Origin: Flavobacteriales bacterium
GTDB lineage: Bacteria; Bacteroidota; Bacteroidia; Flavobacteriales_F; PHOS-HE28
NCBI GenBank assembly: GCA_046306055.1
Contig: JBKDXR010000016.1
Span: 6,132-70,131 of the forward strand
Direction of reading: 5' to 3'
DNA length: 64,000 nt
In this document: positions 36,090 through 46,522 of the stretch, piece after piece
Position numbering within the stretch: the stretch's first letter is position 1
Layout of the letters: each line of letters begins with the position of its first letter
Made by a program: the position numbers and the translations under genes
Notes under the pieces: generated by a model
What the model was told of the DNA's origin: nothing
Database searches by the model: none
Seen by the model: only the letters and a program-made list of their open reading frames with translations

Positions 36090-38464
36090 TGACGAACTCA
36101 ACACTCATTCCGCTACAACAAAAGATGGTACGATCGAAGAGAACTTTCCTGCGCGTGGTCCTGCTCACTGCGGCTTCATTCGGCTACGGTCGTAGCTATG
36201 GACAAAGCGAACGGGTATCGCTGAGTGGCACCATTCGCGACGGAAAGAGCGGTGAAGAATTGCTTGGCGCAGCGATCCGTATCAGCACAGAGCCTTTGCA
36301 GGGTGCGGTGGCGAACGAGTACGGCTTCTATTCACTCACGGTGGCCCCAGGAACCTACAAGGTCATGGTCTCTTTCGTAGGCTACACGTCTTTCGATAGC
36401 ACGGTCGTGCTGCGAGGCGATACACGCCTGGATGTCAGGATGCAGCCTGGCGTAGAGCTGAAGGAGTTCACCGTGGTGAAGGATCGGGTGAAACGCGACC
36501 TGGCCAAACCCGAAATGGGTGTGGAGCGCATGGACATGGGCACCTTGGAGCGCATACCCGTGATCCTTGGAGAACGGGATGTGATCAAAGCATTACAAAC
36601 CCTCCCGGGCGTAAAGAGCGGTGGAGACGGAAGCGCTGGCTTCTTTGTACGTGGAGGTTCGGCTGATCAGAATCTGGTGCAATTGGATGAGGCGCCGGTG
36701 TACAACCCGAGCCATCTGTTGGGCTTCTTCAGCACCTTCAACACCAATGCGATCAAGGATGTGCAACTCTACAAGGGCAGCATTCCGGCCGAGTTCGGTG
36801 GTCGCCTCTCCTCGGTGCTCGATATCAAGATGAAGGAAGGCAACGAGCGTGAGTTCGGTGGCAAAGCGAGCATCGGTCTGATCAGCTCCAACCTGATGCT
36901 GGAAGGCCCATTGAAGAAAGATCGGTCATCCTTTCTGATAGCAGGCCGGCGAACATATGCCGACCTCTTCCTGAAGCTCTCATCTGATACCGCGCTTCGG
37001 CAGAACAAGCTCTACTTCTATGATCTGAACGCCAAGGTGAACTACAAACTCGGCGAGAAGGACCGGCTCTACCTCAGCGGCTACTTCGGGCGCGACTTAC
37101 TGGGCTTCGGCAATACGTTCGGTATCGACTGGGGCAACCTCACCGGCACGTTGCGTTGGAACCACGTGTATGGAAGTAAGTGGTTCAGCAACACCTCCCT
37201 GATCTATTCGGATTACGACTATGGCGTGAAGATCAAGAACGGGGCCTCCGATGTGAGTGTGACCAGTTCCATCCGCGACGTGAACCTCTCCTACGAGTTG
37301 AGCTACTATCAGAAGCCCGGCTCCCGGTTCCGTTTCGGCTTCAATTCGATCCACCACACGATCACACCCGGCCGCGTAAGTCCCGTGAGCGACGGCACTG
37401 TTGTCCCACAAGACCGTAACGGCTGGGAGAACGCGGTCTTCGGGTCGTGGGAGAAGACCGTATCAGACCGGCTGACCATCTACCTCGGTCTTCGGGGGTC
37501 CTCGTGGTCTGTGCTCGGCAAGGGCGATTTCTATACGTTCGATAGCGAAGGGAGGACCTTGGATACCCTTCGCTACGGAGCTGGCACGTTCGTGAAGACC
37601 TACGTGAACGCGGAGCCACGCGCATCGCTCAGCTACCAATTGAGCAAGAACACCTCGTTGAAAGGCGCCTATGTGCGCACCACACAGAACCTCCACCTAT
37701 TAAGCAACAACACGGCGGGCAACCCGACGGACCGCTGGATGCCGAACTCGAACAACGTGAGGCCGGAGATCGGTGATCAGGTCTCCGCCGGAGTATTCCG
37801 CGACATCGCGTATGGCGAGGAGGTTGTGGAGGTGAGCATCGAGAGCTACTACAAATGGATGCAGAACCAGATCGACTACCGAGATGGTGCGAACCTGCTG
37901 GTGAACGAAGCGATAGAAGGCGAACTGCTCTTCGGCAAAGGCCGCGCTTATGGGGTGGAGCTTTTGGTGCGCAAACGAACGGGGCGCTTCTCCGGTTGGC
38001 TCTCCTACACGTGGAGTCGAACGGAACGCTCCATCCAGGCCATCGAGGACGGCAGGTGGTACCCGGCTCGCCAGGATCGTATCCATGATGTTTCCATCGT
38101 GGGCATGTACGACCTGAACGAGCGCTGGAACTTCTCTGCGCTATGGACCTACAACACCGGAGCGCCGATCACCATCCCCTCAGGCAAGTACATCGTGGAT
38201 GAACAGGTGTTCACGGCCTACTCGGAACGCAATGGCGGCAGGATGCCCGCCTATCATAGATTGGACCTGTCCGCTACGCTGAAGAAGCGAAAAGAGGCCA
38301 AGTATGCGGGCAGTTGGGTCTTCTCCGTCTTCAACGCCTACGGCCGTATGAACCCGTACAGCATCCGTTTCGAGGTGGATGAGAAGGACCCCACTCGCAC
38401 CAACGCGGTACAAACGAGTTTGTTCCGTTGGGTCCCCTCGGTCAGCTACAACATCAACTTTTAA
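36089..38464 (+). CDS. TonB-dependent outer-membrane receptor with N-terminal carboxypeptidase-regulatory-like domain
   Basis: 791 aa; signal peptide; CarbopepD_reg-like segment (GTIRDGKSGEELLGAAIRIS...GFYSL); plug and barrel; C-terminal ...SYNINF. Confidence 0.9.
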   Translation: MTNSTLIPLQQKMVRSKRTFLRVVLLTAASFGYGRSYGQSERVSLSGTIRDGKSGEELLGAAIRISTEPLQGAVANEYGFYSLTVAPGTYKVMVSFVGYTSFDSTVVLRGDTRLDVRMQPGVELKEFTVVKDRVKRDLAKPEMGVERMDMGTLERIPVILGERDVIKALQTLPGVKSGGDGSAGFFVRGGSADQNLVQLDEAPVYNPSHLLGFFSTFNTNAIKDVQLYKGSIPAEFGGRLSSVLDIKMKEGNEREFGGKASIGLISSNLMLEGPLKKDRSSFLIAGRRTYADLFLKLSSDTALRQNKLYFYDLNAKVNYKLGEKDRLYLSGYFGRDLLGFGNTFGIDWGNLTGTLRWNHVYGSKWFSNTSLIYSDYDYGVKIKNGASDVSVTSSIRDVNLSYELSYYQKPGSRFRFGFNSIHHTITPGRVSPVSDGTVVPQDRNGWENAVFGSWEKTVSDRLTIYLGLRGSSWSVLGKGDFYTFDSEGRTLDTLRYGAGTFVKTYVNAEPRASLSYQLSKNTSLKGAYVRTTQNLHLLSNNTAGNPTDRWMPNSNNVRPEIGDQVSAGVFRDIAYGEEVVEVSIESYYKWMQNQIDYRDGANLLVNEAIEGELLFGKGRAYGVELLVRKRTGRFSGWLSYTWSRTERSIQAIEDGRWYPARQDRIHDVSIVGMYDLNERWNFSALWTYNTGAPITIPSGKYIVDEQVFTAYSERNGGRMPAYHRLDLSATLKKRKEAKYAGSWVFSVFNAYGRMNPYSIRFEVDEKDPTRTNAVQTSLFRWVPSVSYNINF

Positions 38465-38467
38465 GCG

Positions 38468-39268
38468 ATGCGCAACAGACCTCATCTCCTTCTGGCTTCA
38501 TCAGCAGCCATCATACTGCTCAGCGGATGCGAAAAAGTCATCGACATGAACTACGATACCGTACCTCCCGAACTAGTCATCGAGGCCACTGTGGAGGAGG
38601 GTGCCGGCCCTCATTTGGCCCGCGTATCCTGGACCGTGCGCTACGACTTGGTCAACGAGTTCCCGGTGGTGACCGACGCAGCGATAATGCTCACCGACGT
38701 AACCGAAGGTGTATCGGCCATGATGACCCACATCGGGAACGGGGAGTATGGGTTGAACTCGGACATAACGGGCGTGCCGGGCCATACCTATCGCTTGGAT
38801 GTAAGTGTGGGCGGGAAAACCTACCAAGCCGAGTCGGTCATGCCTCGACCTGTAGTGCTTGATAGTGTGTCAGTGGATATCGTAGCAGCCGGCGGCGAAA
38901 GCGAGGGTACGCTCACACCCCACTTCAAGGATCCCGCAGGGGCGGGTGATCGATACAGGCTGCGAGTAGAAGCCAATGACGAGGTCTGGCCGGTGATCAT
39001 CACTTACGACGATGTCCTCACCGATGGGCAAACCAACTCGATCCCATTCACCAGTGAGGAAGAGCTGTTCAGCGGGGACAGTTTGGAGGTGGAGTTGATC
39101 TGCGTGGACCGGGATGTGTACCGCTACTTCTACGCGTTGGAAGTGAGCCAGGACCAAGGTCCGCTCGGCTCGGTCGCACCTGCCGATCCACCCTCCAACC
39201 TGAGTAATGGCGCATTGGGCTTCTTCTCGGCACAGATGAGGTCTTCCGTGTCCCTGGTGGTGCCCTGA
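38468..39268 (+). CDS. DUF4249-family lipoprotein (TonB-receptor-associated)
   Basis: lipobox LLSGC; 266 aa; conserved position immediately after a TonB-dependent receptor. Confidence 0.6.
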   Translation: MRNRPHLLLASSAAIILLSGCEKVIDMNYDTVPPELVIEATVEEGAGPHLARVSWTVRYDLVNEFPVVTDAAIMLTDVTEGVSAMMTHIGNGEYGLNSDITGVPGHTYRLDVSVGGKTYQAESVMPRPVVLDSVSVDIVAAGGESEGTLTPHFKDPAGAGDRYRLRVEANDEVWPVIITYDDVLTDGQTNSIPFTSEEELFSGDSLEVELICVDRDVYRYFYALEVSQDQGPLGSVAPADPPSNLSNGALGFFSAQMRSSVSLVVP

Positions 39269-39458
39269 ACACGTGTGCCAGGATACAGCCGGCCCTGATC
39301 GATCTGCAGAACGGCCCCAGTAGCGGGACTGAGCTATCGTCCGAGCCCCAACTCACTTCTCGCATCAATAGACTTCTTCCAATGCCAGCCCTCAGCAGCC
39401 CGGCAACCAGCCCAATACGGCCGGTGGTCCGTTGAAGAGCACAGGGCTTACGTACTGA

Positions 39459-39956
39459 CGGACTCCGAACGCGGCCGCCACGAACATCACGGGCTTCTCC
39501 GCGATCCCCAACGGTGGCCGCAACCCGGAAGGGCGGTTCTCCTTCAGTTATGATGCGGCTGCGAGCTACTGGTTATCCACCCTGGCAGGCCCCGGCATGG
39601 GGTTCTTCCTCGAACTGGCCTATCCGCAGGACATGGCGGTCCGGAACGCCTACTTCGCTGATTATGCCGCTTGCATACGCTGTGTCGTCGATGTGAGCAC
39701 GCTGGACATCAGCGACCTTAACGTTCCGGACATGGACATCCACCCGAATCCGACGAACGGGTCCATTGTGGTGCAGGCCGGCTCATCAATGCTCGGTGAG
39801 CGTTACGAGATCGTCGATCTCATGGGCCGCTCGATCCTTCAGGGCACGCTCGTTTCCACCCAGGCGACGATCTCGCTGGAGCAGTTCCCGGCCGGGATGT
39901 ATCTCATGCGCTTCCCGGAGCGGAAAGGACCCGCGATGAAGATCGTGAAGGAGTAG
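39459..39956 (+). pseudogene. remnant of a T9SS substrate: C-terminal Por/type-A sorting domain only
   Basis: open frame begins right after a stop at 39456-39458; C-terminal DIHPNPTNGSIVV...YEIVDLMGRSI...AGMYLMRF...KIVKE is a Por secretion tail; no signal peptide or cargo domain. Confidence 0.6.
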
Positions 39957-40094
39957 GTCCTGCGGGGCCGCCTTCGTTGTTGGTGTGATGGCACACCAGT
40001 TCCAGCAAGGTCTACGGGACATGCATCCGGACCCCATCCGAACGGCCCATGGACCATCACGGCCGTTCGTCACGATGCGGATGCCATCCACGGC

Positions 40095-40967
40095 GTGCGC
40101 GATTACTTTCGGGTCATGGACATTCGCACCGTGCTGCACGACGCCGGGCTGGCGAGCGAGCTCCGCGTGTCCACCGTGATCGGTGCGGAGCTGCCGCTGA
40201 ACTATGCGGCGCTGTCGATCAAGCACGTGATCCAGGGGGAGGAGCGCTACCGGGTGCGGGGCCGCCTGCGCACCGTACGTGCCGGCGAGCACCTGCTGAT
40301 CCAGGGCGGTGGCGCGGGCGAGGTGATCATCGGCCCGCACGAGGCCCGCGGCATCTGCGTGGACATCGGGGCGCCGATGCTGGCCGAGGTGGTGCGGCAC
40401 CATGCGCAGTTCGATGACCACGTGGAGCAGCGCCTGCTGCAGGCCGACTACTTCGATGGCGAGCGCGCGCCCCTGGGCCGGCGCACCACGGCGGTGCTCA
40501 CCGCACTGGCCGTTGGCGCCACCGCGCTGGACGCATCGCTCTTCCACGGCCTTGCCGAGGCGGTGCTGCTGGACCGGCTCGACTGGCACGGCCTTGCCCA
40601 GCGGCTCCGGGCCCGCAAGCAGGGCACGCAGCGCGAGACCGTGCGCAAGCTGCTCCTGGCCAGGGCGGCCTTCGATCGCGACCCGCTGGCCTTCCCCACC
40701 GCCCGGGAGCTGGCCGTGGCGCATGGCTTCTCCGAGTTCCACTTCAGCCGGGCCTTTGCCGCGGTGTTCGCCCTTTCACCCTATGCGTACATGCTGCAGC
40801 AGAGGCTTGATGAGGCGCACCGCCTTCTGGTGCTGGGTGGACGTCCCGTGGCGGAGGTGGCGCTGGACTCCGGCTTCAACGATGCGGCCACCTTCAGCCG
40901 CGCCTTCAAGCGGCAACATGGGCGGCCGCCCTCGTCGTTCATTGATCGGGCAAGGATGGTCAAGTGA
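40095..40967 (+). CDS. AraC-family transcriptional regulator
   Basis: C-terminal HTH_18 region (ELAVAHGFSEFHFSRAFAAVF...ALDSGFNDAATFSRAFKRQHG). Confidence 0.85.
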   Translation: MRDYFRVMDIRTVLHDAGLASELRVSTVIGAELPLNYAALSIKHVIQGEERYRVRGRLRTVRAGEHLLIQGGGAGEVIIGPHEARGICVDIGAPMLAEVVRHHAQFDDHVEQRLLQADYFDGERAPLGRRTTAVLTALAVGATALDASLFHGLAEAVLLDRLDWHGLAQRLRARKQGTQRETVRKLLLARAAFDRDPLAFPTARELAVAHGFSEFHFSRAFAAVFALSPYAYMLQQRLDEAHRLLVLGGRPVAEVALDSGFNDAATFSRAFKRQHGRPPSSFIDRARMVK

Positions 40968-41012
40968 TGAGCACGGCTGCGGCCGGAGCTTTGAGGCAAA
41001 GCCATAGCTGCC

Positions 41013-42395
41013 ATGCCGCGTGCCCTTGTCCTGTTGCTGTCGTTCCACCTCTGCTTTGCGGCCCTTGCGCAGAAGGCCGGCCCCGAGCGCACGGACCCGC
41101 TGCAGCGCAAGGCGTGGTTGGGCATGCGTCCCCTGGCCCTCACGGACAGCCTGCGCCAGGTGTCGGGTTGCAGCGGGTGCGAAGGCGCATACATCGCGGA
41201 GGTGCGCCCGGCATCCACGGCGGCCGTGTTGGAGCTGCGCGCTGGTGACGTGCTCACCGCCATCAATGGACGGCCGATCAGCGGGCCCGGCAGCCTAGTG
41301 CCAGCGGTGGCCGAGGCGCGGGCCGGTGATGCGGTCACCATCGCATACATCCGCAGCGGCAGGATGCGCACGGCCAAGGGCCGTTTCGTGGGGCGCGCAT
41401 ACGAGACCGACCCCCATGCCGAGGTGATCTACGATGCGGTCCCCTATCGCGGTGGGAAATTGCGCGCCATCATCAACAAACCAAGGCAGCAAGGCCGCAT
41501 GAAGGCGCTGCTCTTCATCCCAGGCTACACCTGCACCTCGCAGGACGGTTGGAGCGCGGACCATCCGTACGCCCGCATCGTGCATGCATTCAGCCAGGCG
41601 GGCTACGTGGTGCTGCGGGTGGAGAAGACGGGGCTGGGCGATAGTGAAGGCACGCCCCCCTGCGAGGACTGCGACCTGTACGGCGAGGTGGAGAGCTTCA
41701 CGGCGGGCCTGCGCAAGGTGAAGTCGCTGCCGTACGTGGACAGCACGCAGGTGTTCATCTTCGGCCACAGCATGGGCGGTGTGGTGGGCCCCATGATCGC
41801 CGCCACCGAGCGGGTGAAGGGCCTGATGGTCTACGGCACCACGGCGAAGAGCTGGTACGAATACCAGATCGAGATGAACCGCCTGCAGGGCATGCTGGCG
41901 AAGCCGGACCCGATGGCCTTCGAGGCCGATTGCCGCACACAGGCCGGGTTGGCCTACGAGTATTACATCCGCAAGCGCTCGCTGGCCGACATCGCCACCG
42001 ACCCGCGCAGTGATACGCTGTTGCGCACCTATTGGGAGTGGGATGGCGGCAGCCGCATCTTTTCCCGCAACCAGGAGTACTGGCGCCAGATCCAGGATGT
42101 GGACCTGCTGGGTGCGTGGCGTGATGCGGCCACGCGCGTACTGGTGCTCTTCGGCGGCACCGACTTCCAAGCCTTCAGCCGCGCCGATCATGAGCAGATC
42201 GTCTACACGGTGAACCACCATGCGCCGGGCACGGCCACGCTGCGGGTGTTCCCCGGAACGGACCACTTCATGGCGGTGACGGGCACCATGCAGGAGAGCT
42301 ACGACCTGTTCACGCGCGGCGAGATCCCCAAGCTGTTCGAACTATTCGATCACGAGGTGCCCAAGGCGGCGATGGAATGGGCGGAGGGCCTGTAA
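41013..42395 (+). CDS. secreted PDZ-domain alpha/beta hydrolase (S9/dienelactone-hydrolase-like)
   Basis: signal peptide; PDZ segment (GDVLTAINGRPI); nucleophile elbow GHSMGG. Confidence 0.75.
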   Translation: MPRALVLLLSFHLCFAALAQKAGPERTDPLQRKAWLGMRPLALTDSLRQVSGCSGCEGAYIAEVRPASTAAVLELRAGDVLTAINGRPISGPGSLVPAVAEARAGDAVTIAYIRSGRMRTAKGRFVGRAYETDPHAEVIYDAVPYRGGKLRAIINKPRQQGRMKALLFIPGYTCTSQDGWSADHPYARIVHAFSQAGYVVLRVEKTGLGDSEGTPPCEDCDLYGEVESFTAGLRKVKSLPYVDSTQVFIFGHSMGGVVGPMIAATERVKGLMVYGTTAKSWYEYQIEMNRLQGMLAKPDPMAFEADCRTQAGLAYEYYIRKRSLADIATDPRSDTLLRTYWEWDGGSRIFSRNQEYWRQIQDVDLLGAWRDAATRVLVLFGGTDFQAFSRADHEQIVYTVNHHAPGTATLRVFPGTDHFMAVTGTMQESYDLFTRGEIPKLFELFDHEVPKAAMEWAEGL

Positions 42396-42529
42396 GGATG
42401 CCCTTGGGTGGTCGTCCTGCGAGGCGGGCCTGAGGGGGCGGGCTGTGGGTGGCATGCGGTGCATTTTTCACCCTGCGTGTAACCTTTCGCCCGGTACCTC
42501 GACATACCTCCTTGCAACGCGATCCATCC

Positions 42530-43090
42530 ATGGCATCAACAGAGGACCAACGGGCCGCCTTCATGCGGGCCTACCAAGGCTGCCACGACCGCTTCGCCCG
42601 CTACTGCTCGGCCCTGGCGCATGGGCGGATGGACGCCGAGGACCTGATGCAGGACGTGCTGCTCTCCGCCTTCCATCACTTCGAGCGCATCGAGAAGCCC
42701 GATGAGCTGCTGCACTACCTGCTGCGGGCGGCGAAGAACCGCTCCATCAGCGCCTGGCGCGTGCGGCGAAGGAACGCCGATGTGGAGGAGCGGCAGCTGG
42801 CGCGGCTGGAAGCGGGCGGCGTGAGCGCCGAGGTCCGCGTGGATGTACAGCTGCTGTACGGGGCCCTGGACAAGCTGCCCGCCGACCAGCGCGAGGCGCT
42901 GGTGCTCTTCGAGGTAACCGGCCTGCCCATGGCCGAGATCGCGGTGGTGCAGGGAAGCACCGAGGGCGCCGTGAAGACGCGCGTGAGCCGCGCCCGCAGC
43001 GCCCTGCGCGAACTGCTCGCCGACCGGCCTGCCCTGTCCGCACCCGCCCGCACACGCGCCCTGCTCACCCTCATCACCCTGCTGCCATGA
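42530..43090 (+). CDS. ECF-type RNA polymerase sigma-70 factor
   Basis: region 2 (DLMQDVLLSAFHHF) and region 4 (EALVLFEVTGLPMAEIAVVQGSTEGAVKTRVSRARSAL); start set at MASTEDQRAAFM. Confidence 0.85.
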   Translation: MASTEDQRAAFMRAYQGCHDRFARYCSALAHGRMDAEDLMQDVLLSAFHHFERIEKPDELLHYLLRAAKNRSISAWRVRRRNADVEERQLARLEAGGVSAEVRVDVQLLYGALDKLPADQREALVLFEVTGLPMAEIAVVQGSTEGAVKTRVSRARSALRELLADRPALSAPARTRALLTLITLLP

Positions 43091-44337
43091 GCACCCCTGA
43101 ACCCCGCATGCCGGAACTGGCGGTGCTCCGTGAGCTTCCGCCCGAGGTGAGCCTTGCCCAGGTGGAGCAGTGGGTGGCCCTGTTCCCCGCAGCACCCCCG
43201 CCCAAACCCTGGTACCGCAACATCAACTTCAACACCATCATCATGACCACTGCAACCACACTTCTCCTCGGTGGACTGCTCTACTTCCTGCGCCCCGGCC
43301 CCACCACGCCGCCATCCGTATCACAGGCCATACCGCCCGCAGCGCAGGCCATTGAAAGCGACCCGGCACCTCCTGCTGTCATTGAGCCAGCGGCATCACT
43401 GACGCCTGCCACCGCACCGTCCGCGCAGGTCAGCCCTGTGCTTACTGCGGACCCGGTACCCGATGCGCCGCTCGTTGCGGTGGATCCCGCCCCAGCTGCA
43501 TCAAGGCCGGTGCAGGTGCCTGGACCTTCAGCCGGACCTTCCCCTGCGCCTTCAGCCACGCCCCCCACCGCACCGACGCAATTCACGGCTGCGGCCCCGA
43601 CCTCGGAAACGGAGCGGCGCTTCGACCTGACCGGGTTCGAGAAGGTGACGCTGTTGGGCTCCCTCCACGTGGAATTCTACCAAGGTCCCTTCTCGGTGGT
43701 GGCCATCGGCCCGACCGATGAACTGCCATACGTGGAGGCCACCGTGAAGGGCGGCACCCTCACCATCAGGCAGAAGGACCACCGCGAGGTCCAGGCAGAA
43801 GGCCACCCCAAGCGTCGAACAAGGGTGTGGCTCGGACCGGTGACCATCGCCAAGATCCCGGGAGGGTCCAGCTTTTCCACGCGGGTCGTGGTGCATCTGC
43901 CGAACCTCAGCGGGCTTGTCTTGAGCGGATCGGGTGATGCGCTCCTGGGCCGCTTTACCGGGCCCGGAGCGATGGAGCTCAGCGTGCAGGGCTCCGGCGA
44001 TATCGAGGCCTTGGCGCTGCAGGACCTTTCCGCCTTGCGGCTTGACATGCAGGGTTCCGGCCGGATCATGTGCCGCCATGCGGAGGTGAAAGGGAGGACC
44101 GATCTGGACCTGGCCGGCAGCGGCGATATCGTTGTTGCCGGCAGCACCACGCAGCTGGACGTGTCGCTGACAGGCTCCGGCGATGTGGACGCCGGCAACT
44201 TCGTCGCATCGCATGGGAATGCCTCGCTGGTCGGGTCCGGCAATGCTGCGGTCCACTATACCTCGGCTCAAGTGACCACCACGGTGGTGGGCAGCGGCAA
44301 CCTGAAGCGCGTGCGGCCTTCGCACGGGAAGGAATGA
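43087..44337 (+). CDS. membrane protein with C-terminal DUF4097/GIN-type beta-helical repeat domain (putative anti-sigma/adhesin-like partner of the ECF sigma)
   Basis: overlaps the sigma gene by 4 nt; one TM segment; Pro/Ala-rich linker; repeated ..GSGD.. beta-strand units (LSGSGDALLG, VQGSGDIEAL, LAGSGDIVVAG, LTGSGDVDAG, VVGSGNLK). Confidence 0.65.
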   Translation: MSTPEPRMPELAVLRELPPEVSLAQVEQWVALFPAAPPPKPWYRNINFNTIIMTTATTLLLGGLLYFLRPGPTTPPSVSQAIPPAAQAIESDPAPPAVIEPAASLTPATAPSAQVSPVLTADPVPDAPLVAVDPAPAASRPVQVPGPSAGPSPAPSATPPTAPTQFTAAAPTSETERRFDLTGFEKVTLLGSLHVEFYQGPFSVVAIGPTDELPYVEATVKGGTLTIRQKDHREVQAEGHPKRRTRVWLGPVTIAKIPGGSSFSTRVVVHLPNLSGLVLSGSGDALLGRFTGPGAMELSVQGSGDIEALALQDLSALRLDMQGSGRIMCRHAEVKGRTDLDLAGSGDIVVAGSTTQLDVSLTGSGDVDAGNFVASHGNASLVGSGNAAVHYTSAQVTTTVVGSGNLKRVRPSHGKE

Positions 44338-45974
44338 TGCGTCGGTGGGCCACCCATCCCGATCTGCCCACCGTGCTCGCGGTGTGCTGCGCGCTGTCCC
44401 TGGCCTCGTGCGGGCTCTTCCTTCAGGAAGCCGGCCTGAAGAACTACAGGCTGGACGAGCGCGTGCAGGAGAAGGGCCTGAACGACCATCAAGCTGACTT
44501 CGTGCACCTCGCACGGTTGCTCGAGATCGGTTTCCCGCAGCTGGACAGCGTTTTCCCGAAGCACGAGCGGGAGCGGGAGCAGCGGGACATCCTCGCGGCA
44601 CTCGCCCGGGAGGACGACCCGGTCAGCTTTCTCCTCCGGACGCGCAGGTACCTCTCGCACCTGCACAACCAGCACACCAGCATCAACCTGAAGAACGGCT
44701 TTGGCCGTACGCGCTATCCGTTCGCGGTCTTCATCTCCCGCGATCAATGGTTCCTGCTCAACATCACCAGGCAGCAGGACAGCCTCCACATCGGCAAGCG
44801 GATCGTATCGATGAACGGCATGCCGATCGACATAGTGGATGAGCGGTTGAGAGCGTACACGTTCGCGGAGAACAAGATCAACCAGCAGTATGAGGTGCGC
44901 AGCATGGCCCTGTACAACCAGCCACCCTATCTCAGGGCCGCCGGTGTATTGCGCGAAGGCGACGAGCAGCTCGTGCTGGGCCTTGAGGGCGGGGAGGAGC
45001 TGCGGTTATCACCGGTGGCGAATGCCGGTGAGGCTGCGCTCCGCACGATCACCTTCCCAGATCATCCCCTGACCAAGGTCCAGGCCGACAAGCCCTATCT
45101 CTACAAGGTGGATACCGCGCTGCGGATGGGCTATCTGCAATTCAACCACTGCCACGACAGCATCGATGTGATCGAGGGCATGCAGAGCTATGTGAAGCCC
45201 TGGCTCCAGCCGATGGCCAGGGCCTATCTGCAGGGGCAATTCCGCAAGGAAAAGCCGTCCCCCAGGCTCAACGGATACTATCTGCCGGAACACCCCACCT
45301 TCAAGCGGTTCCTTTGGGAGATGGTGGACAGCTTGAACGCGAACGGGGTGGAGGACCTGGTGATCGACCTGCGGAGCAATCCCGGTGGTAACCTTATTCT
45401 GGGCAAGCAGTTGCTGTATTTCCTCACGGACCGGGAGGGTCTGGAGGGGTTCAAGGAATATGCCTTCACCTCCGACATCTTCAAGCGATACTTCACCGAG
45501 GAATACGAGGCGCTCGAGAAGGACCATGGGGGAAGCGTTCCACAGGGGCAGCTGGTGCGCATGGACCGCGGCGCGGGGCTGTTCGCCGAGGTCACCGACC
45601 CGGCATCGCCGTACCACGTACCACCGCACCGGCCTGTGTTCAAGGGAAGGGTGTACCTGCTGGCCAACTACAGGACCGGAAGCGCCGCCGCCATGCTCAC
45701 CACGCTGTTCCAGGACAATGGGTTCGGCAAGGTGATCGGGACGAGCGTGGGGAACAACCCCACGGGCGCCACCATCTGGACACCGATGGAGCTTCCGCGG
45801 ACAAAGGCCCGGATCTCCATTGCAACCGCCTACCTCGTGCGGCCGAAGGAGGACCGTGGGAAGGAGCAGGTGCCGGACATCTGGGCGGAGTACACGGTGG
45901 ATGATCTGGTCAGGGGGGTGGATCCCTTTCTGGAAGCCGCGAAGGAGGAGATACGGGCAGCACGCCAGCACTGA
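44334..45974 (+). CDS. S41-family (C-terminal processing/tail-specific-type) peptidase lipoprotein
   Basis: lipobox LSLASCG; DLRSNPGGN and YRTGSAAAML catalytic-region motifs. Confidence 0.75.
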   Translation: MMRRWATHPDLPTVLAVCCALSLASCGLFLQEAGLKNYRLDERVQEKGLNDHQADFVHLARLLEIGFPQLDSVFPKHEREREQRDILAALAREDDPVSFLLRTRRYLSHLHNQHTSINLKNGFGRTRYPFAVFISRDQWFLLNITRQQDSLHIGKRIVSMNGMPIDIVDERLRAYTFAENKINQQYEVRSMALYNQPPYLRAAGVLREGDEQLVLGLEGGEELRLSPVANAGEAALRTITFPDHPLTKVQADKPYLYKVDTALRMGYLQFNHCHDSIDVIEGMQSYVKPWLQPMARAYLQGQFRKEKPSPRLNGYYLPEHPTFKRFLWEMVDSLNANGVEDLVIDLRSNPGGNLILGKQLLYFLTDREGLEGFKEYAFTSDIFKRYFTEEYEALEKDHGGSVPQGQLVRMDRGAGLFAEVTDPASPYHVPPHRPVFKGRVYLLANYRTGSAAAMLTTLFQDNGFGKVIGTSVGNNPTGATIWTPMELPRTKARISIATAYLVRPKEDRGKEQVPDIWAEYTVDDLVRGVDPFLEAAKEEIRAARQH

Positions 45975-45980
45975 TGGCCG

Positions 45981-46268
45981 ATGGACCGCAGAAGCCCACT
46001 CATCATGGTTCTTGTCCCGAGGCCTCGGGAGCGAGCCGAAGGAGTCCTCAAGGCAGCCTGGGCGCGAAACCTGCCCTCCGGGAGGCGGCCCGCGCGGCCG
46101 GACGTATCGCTGACAGGCTCTGGCTTTGTGCAAGCAGGAGGGTTCTCCGCGGAGCGAGGCAGCACCGAGGTGATCGGATCCGTCGATGCCAAGGTCAACT
46201 GCACTACTGAGCAAGTGTCCACCAAGGTGGTGGGCAGCGTCAACCTGAACTGCAAGGGCAAGCAATGA
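45981..46268 (+). pseudogene. degenerate duplicate of the 3' end of the GIN-domain gene (43087-44337)
   Basis: DVSLTGSGFVQAGGF...TKVVGSVNLNCKGKQ parallels DVSLTGSGDVDAGNF...TTVVGSGNLKRV; DNA ~70-75% identical over ~160 bp (46107-46262 vs 44163-44320). Confidence 0.65.
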
Positions 46269-46522
46269 ACACGACCGAAGCATATGGCCCTGATCAAGGT
46301 CGGTTGCAAATGGCTCTTGAACCATGGGTCACCGATACCTCATGTGCGACGGCCCATCCATCAACACGGAAAGAACCGGGAAATTCCCGCATCGCCTCCC
46401 CTGTAACTCCCCGGCCGTACATCCGTCATACAACCGGTCATCGCGCCCAACCGACCGCCGGTGTGATCCGGAGAGGGCCGAGCACTTCCTTCCCCATCTT
46501 GCACACTGCAAACCCACCCCGC

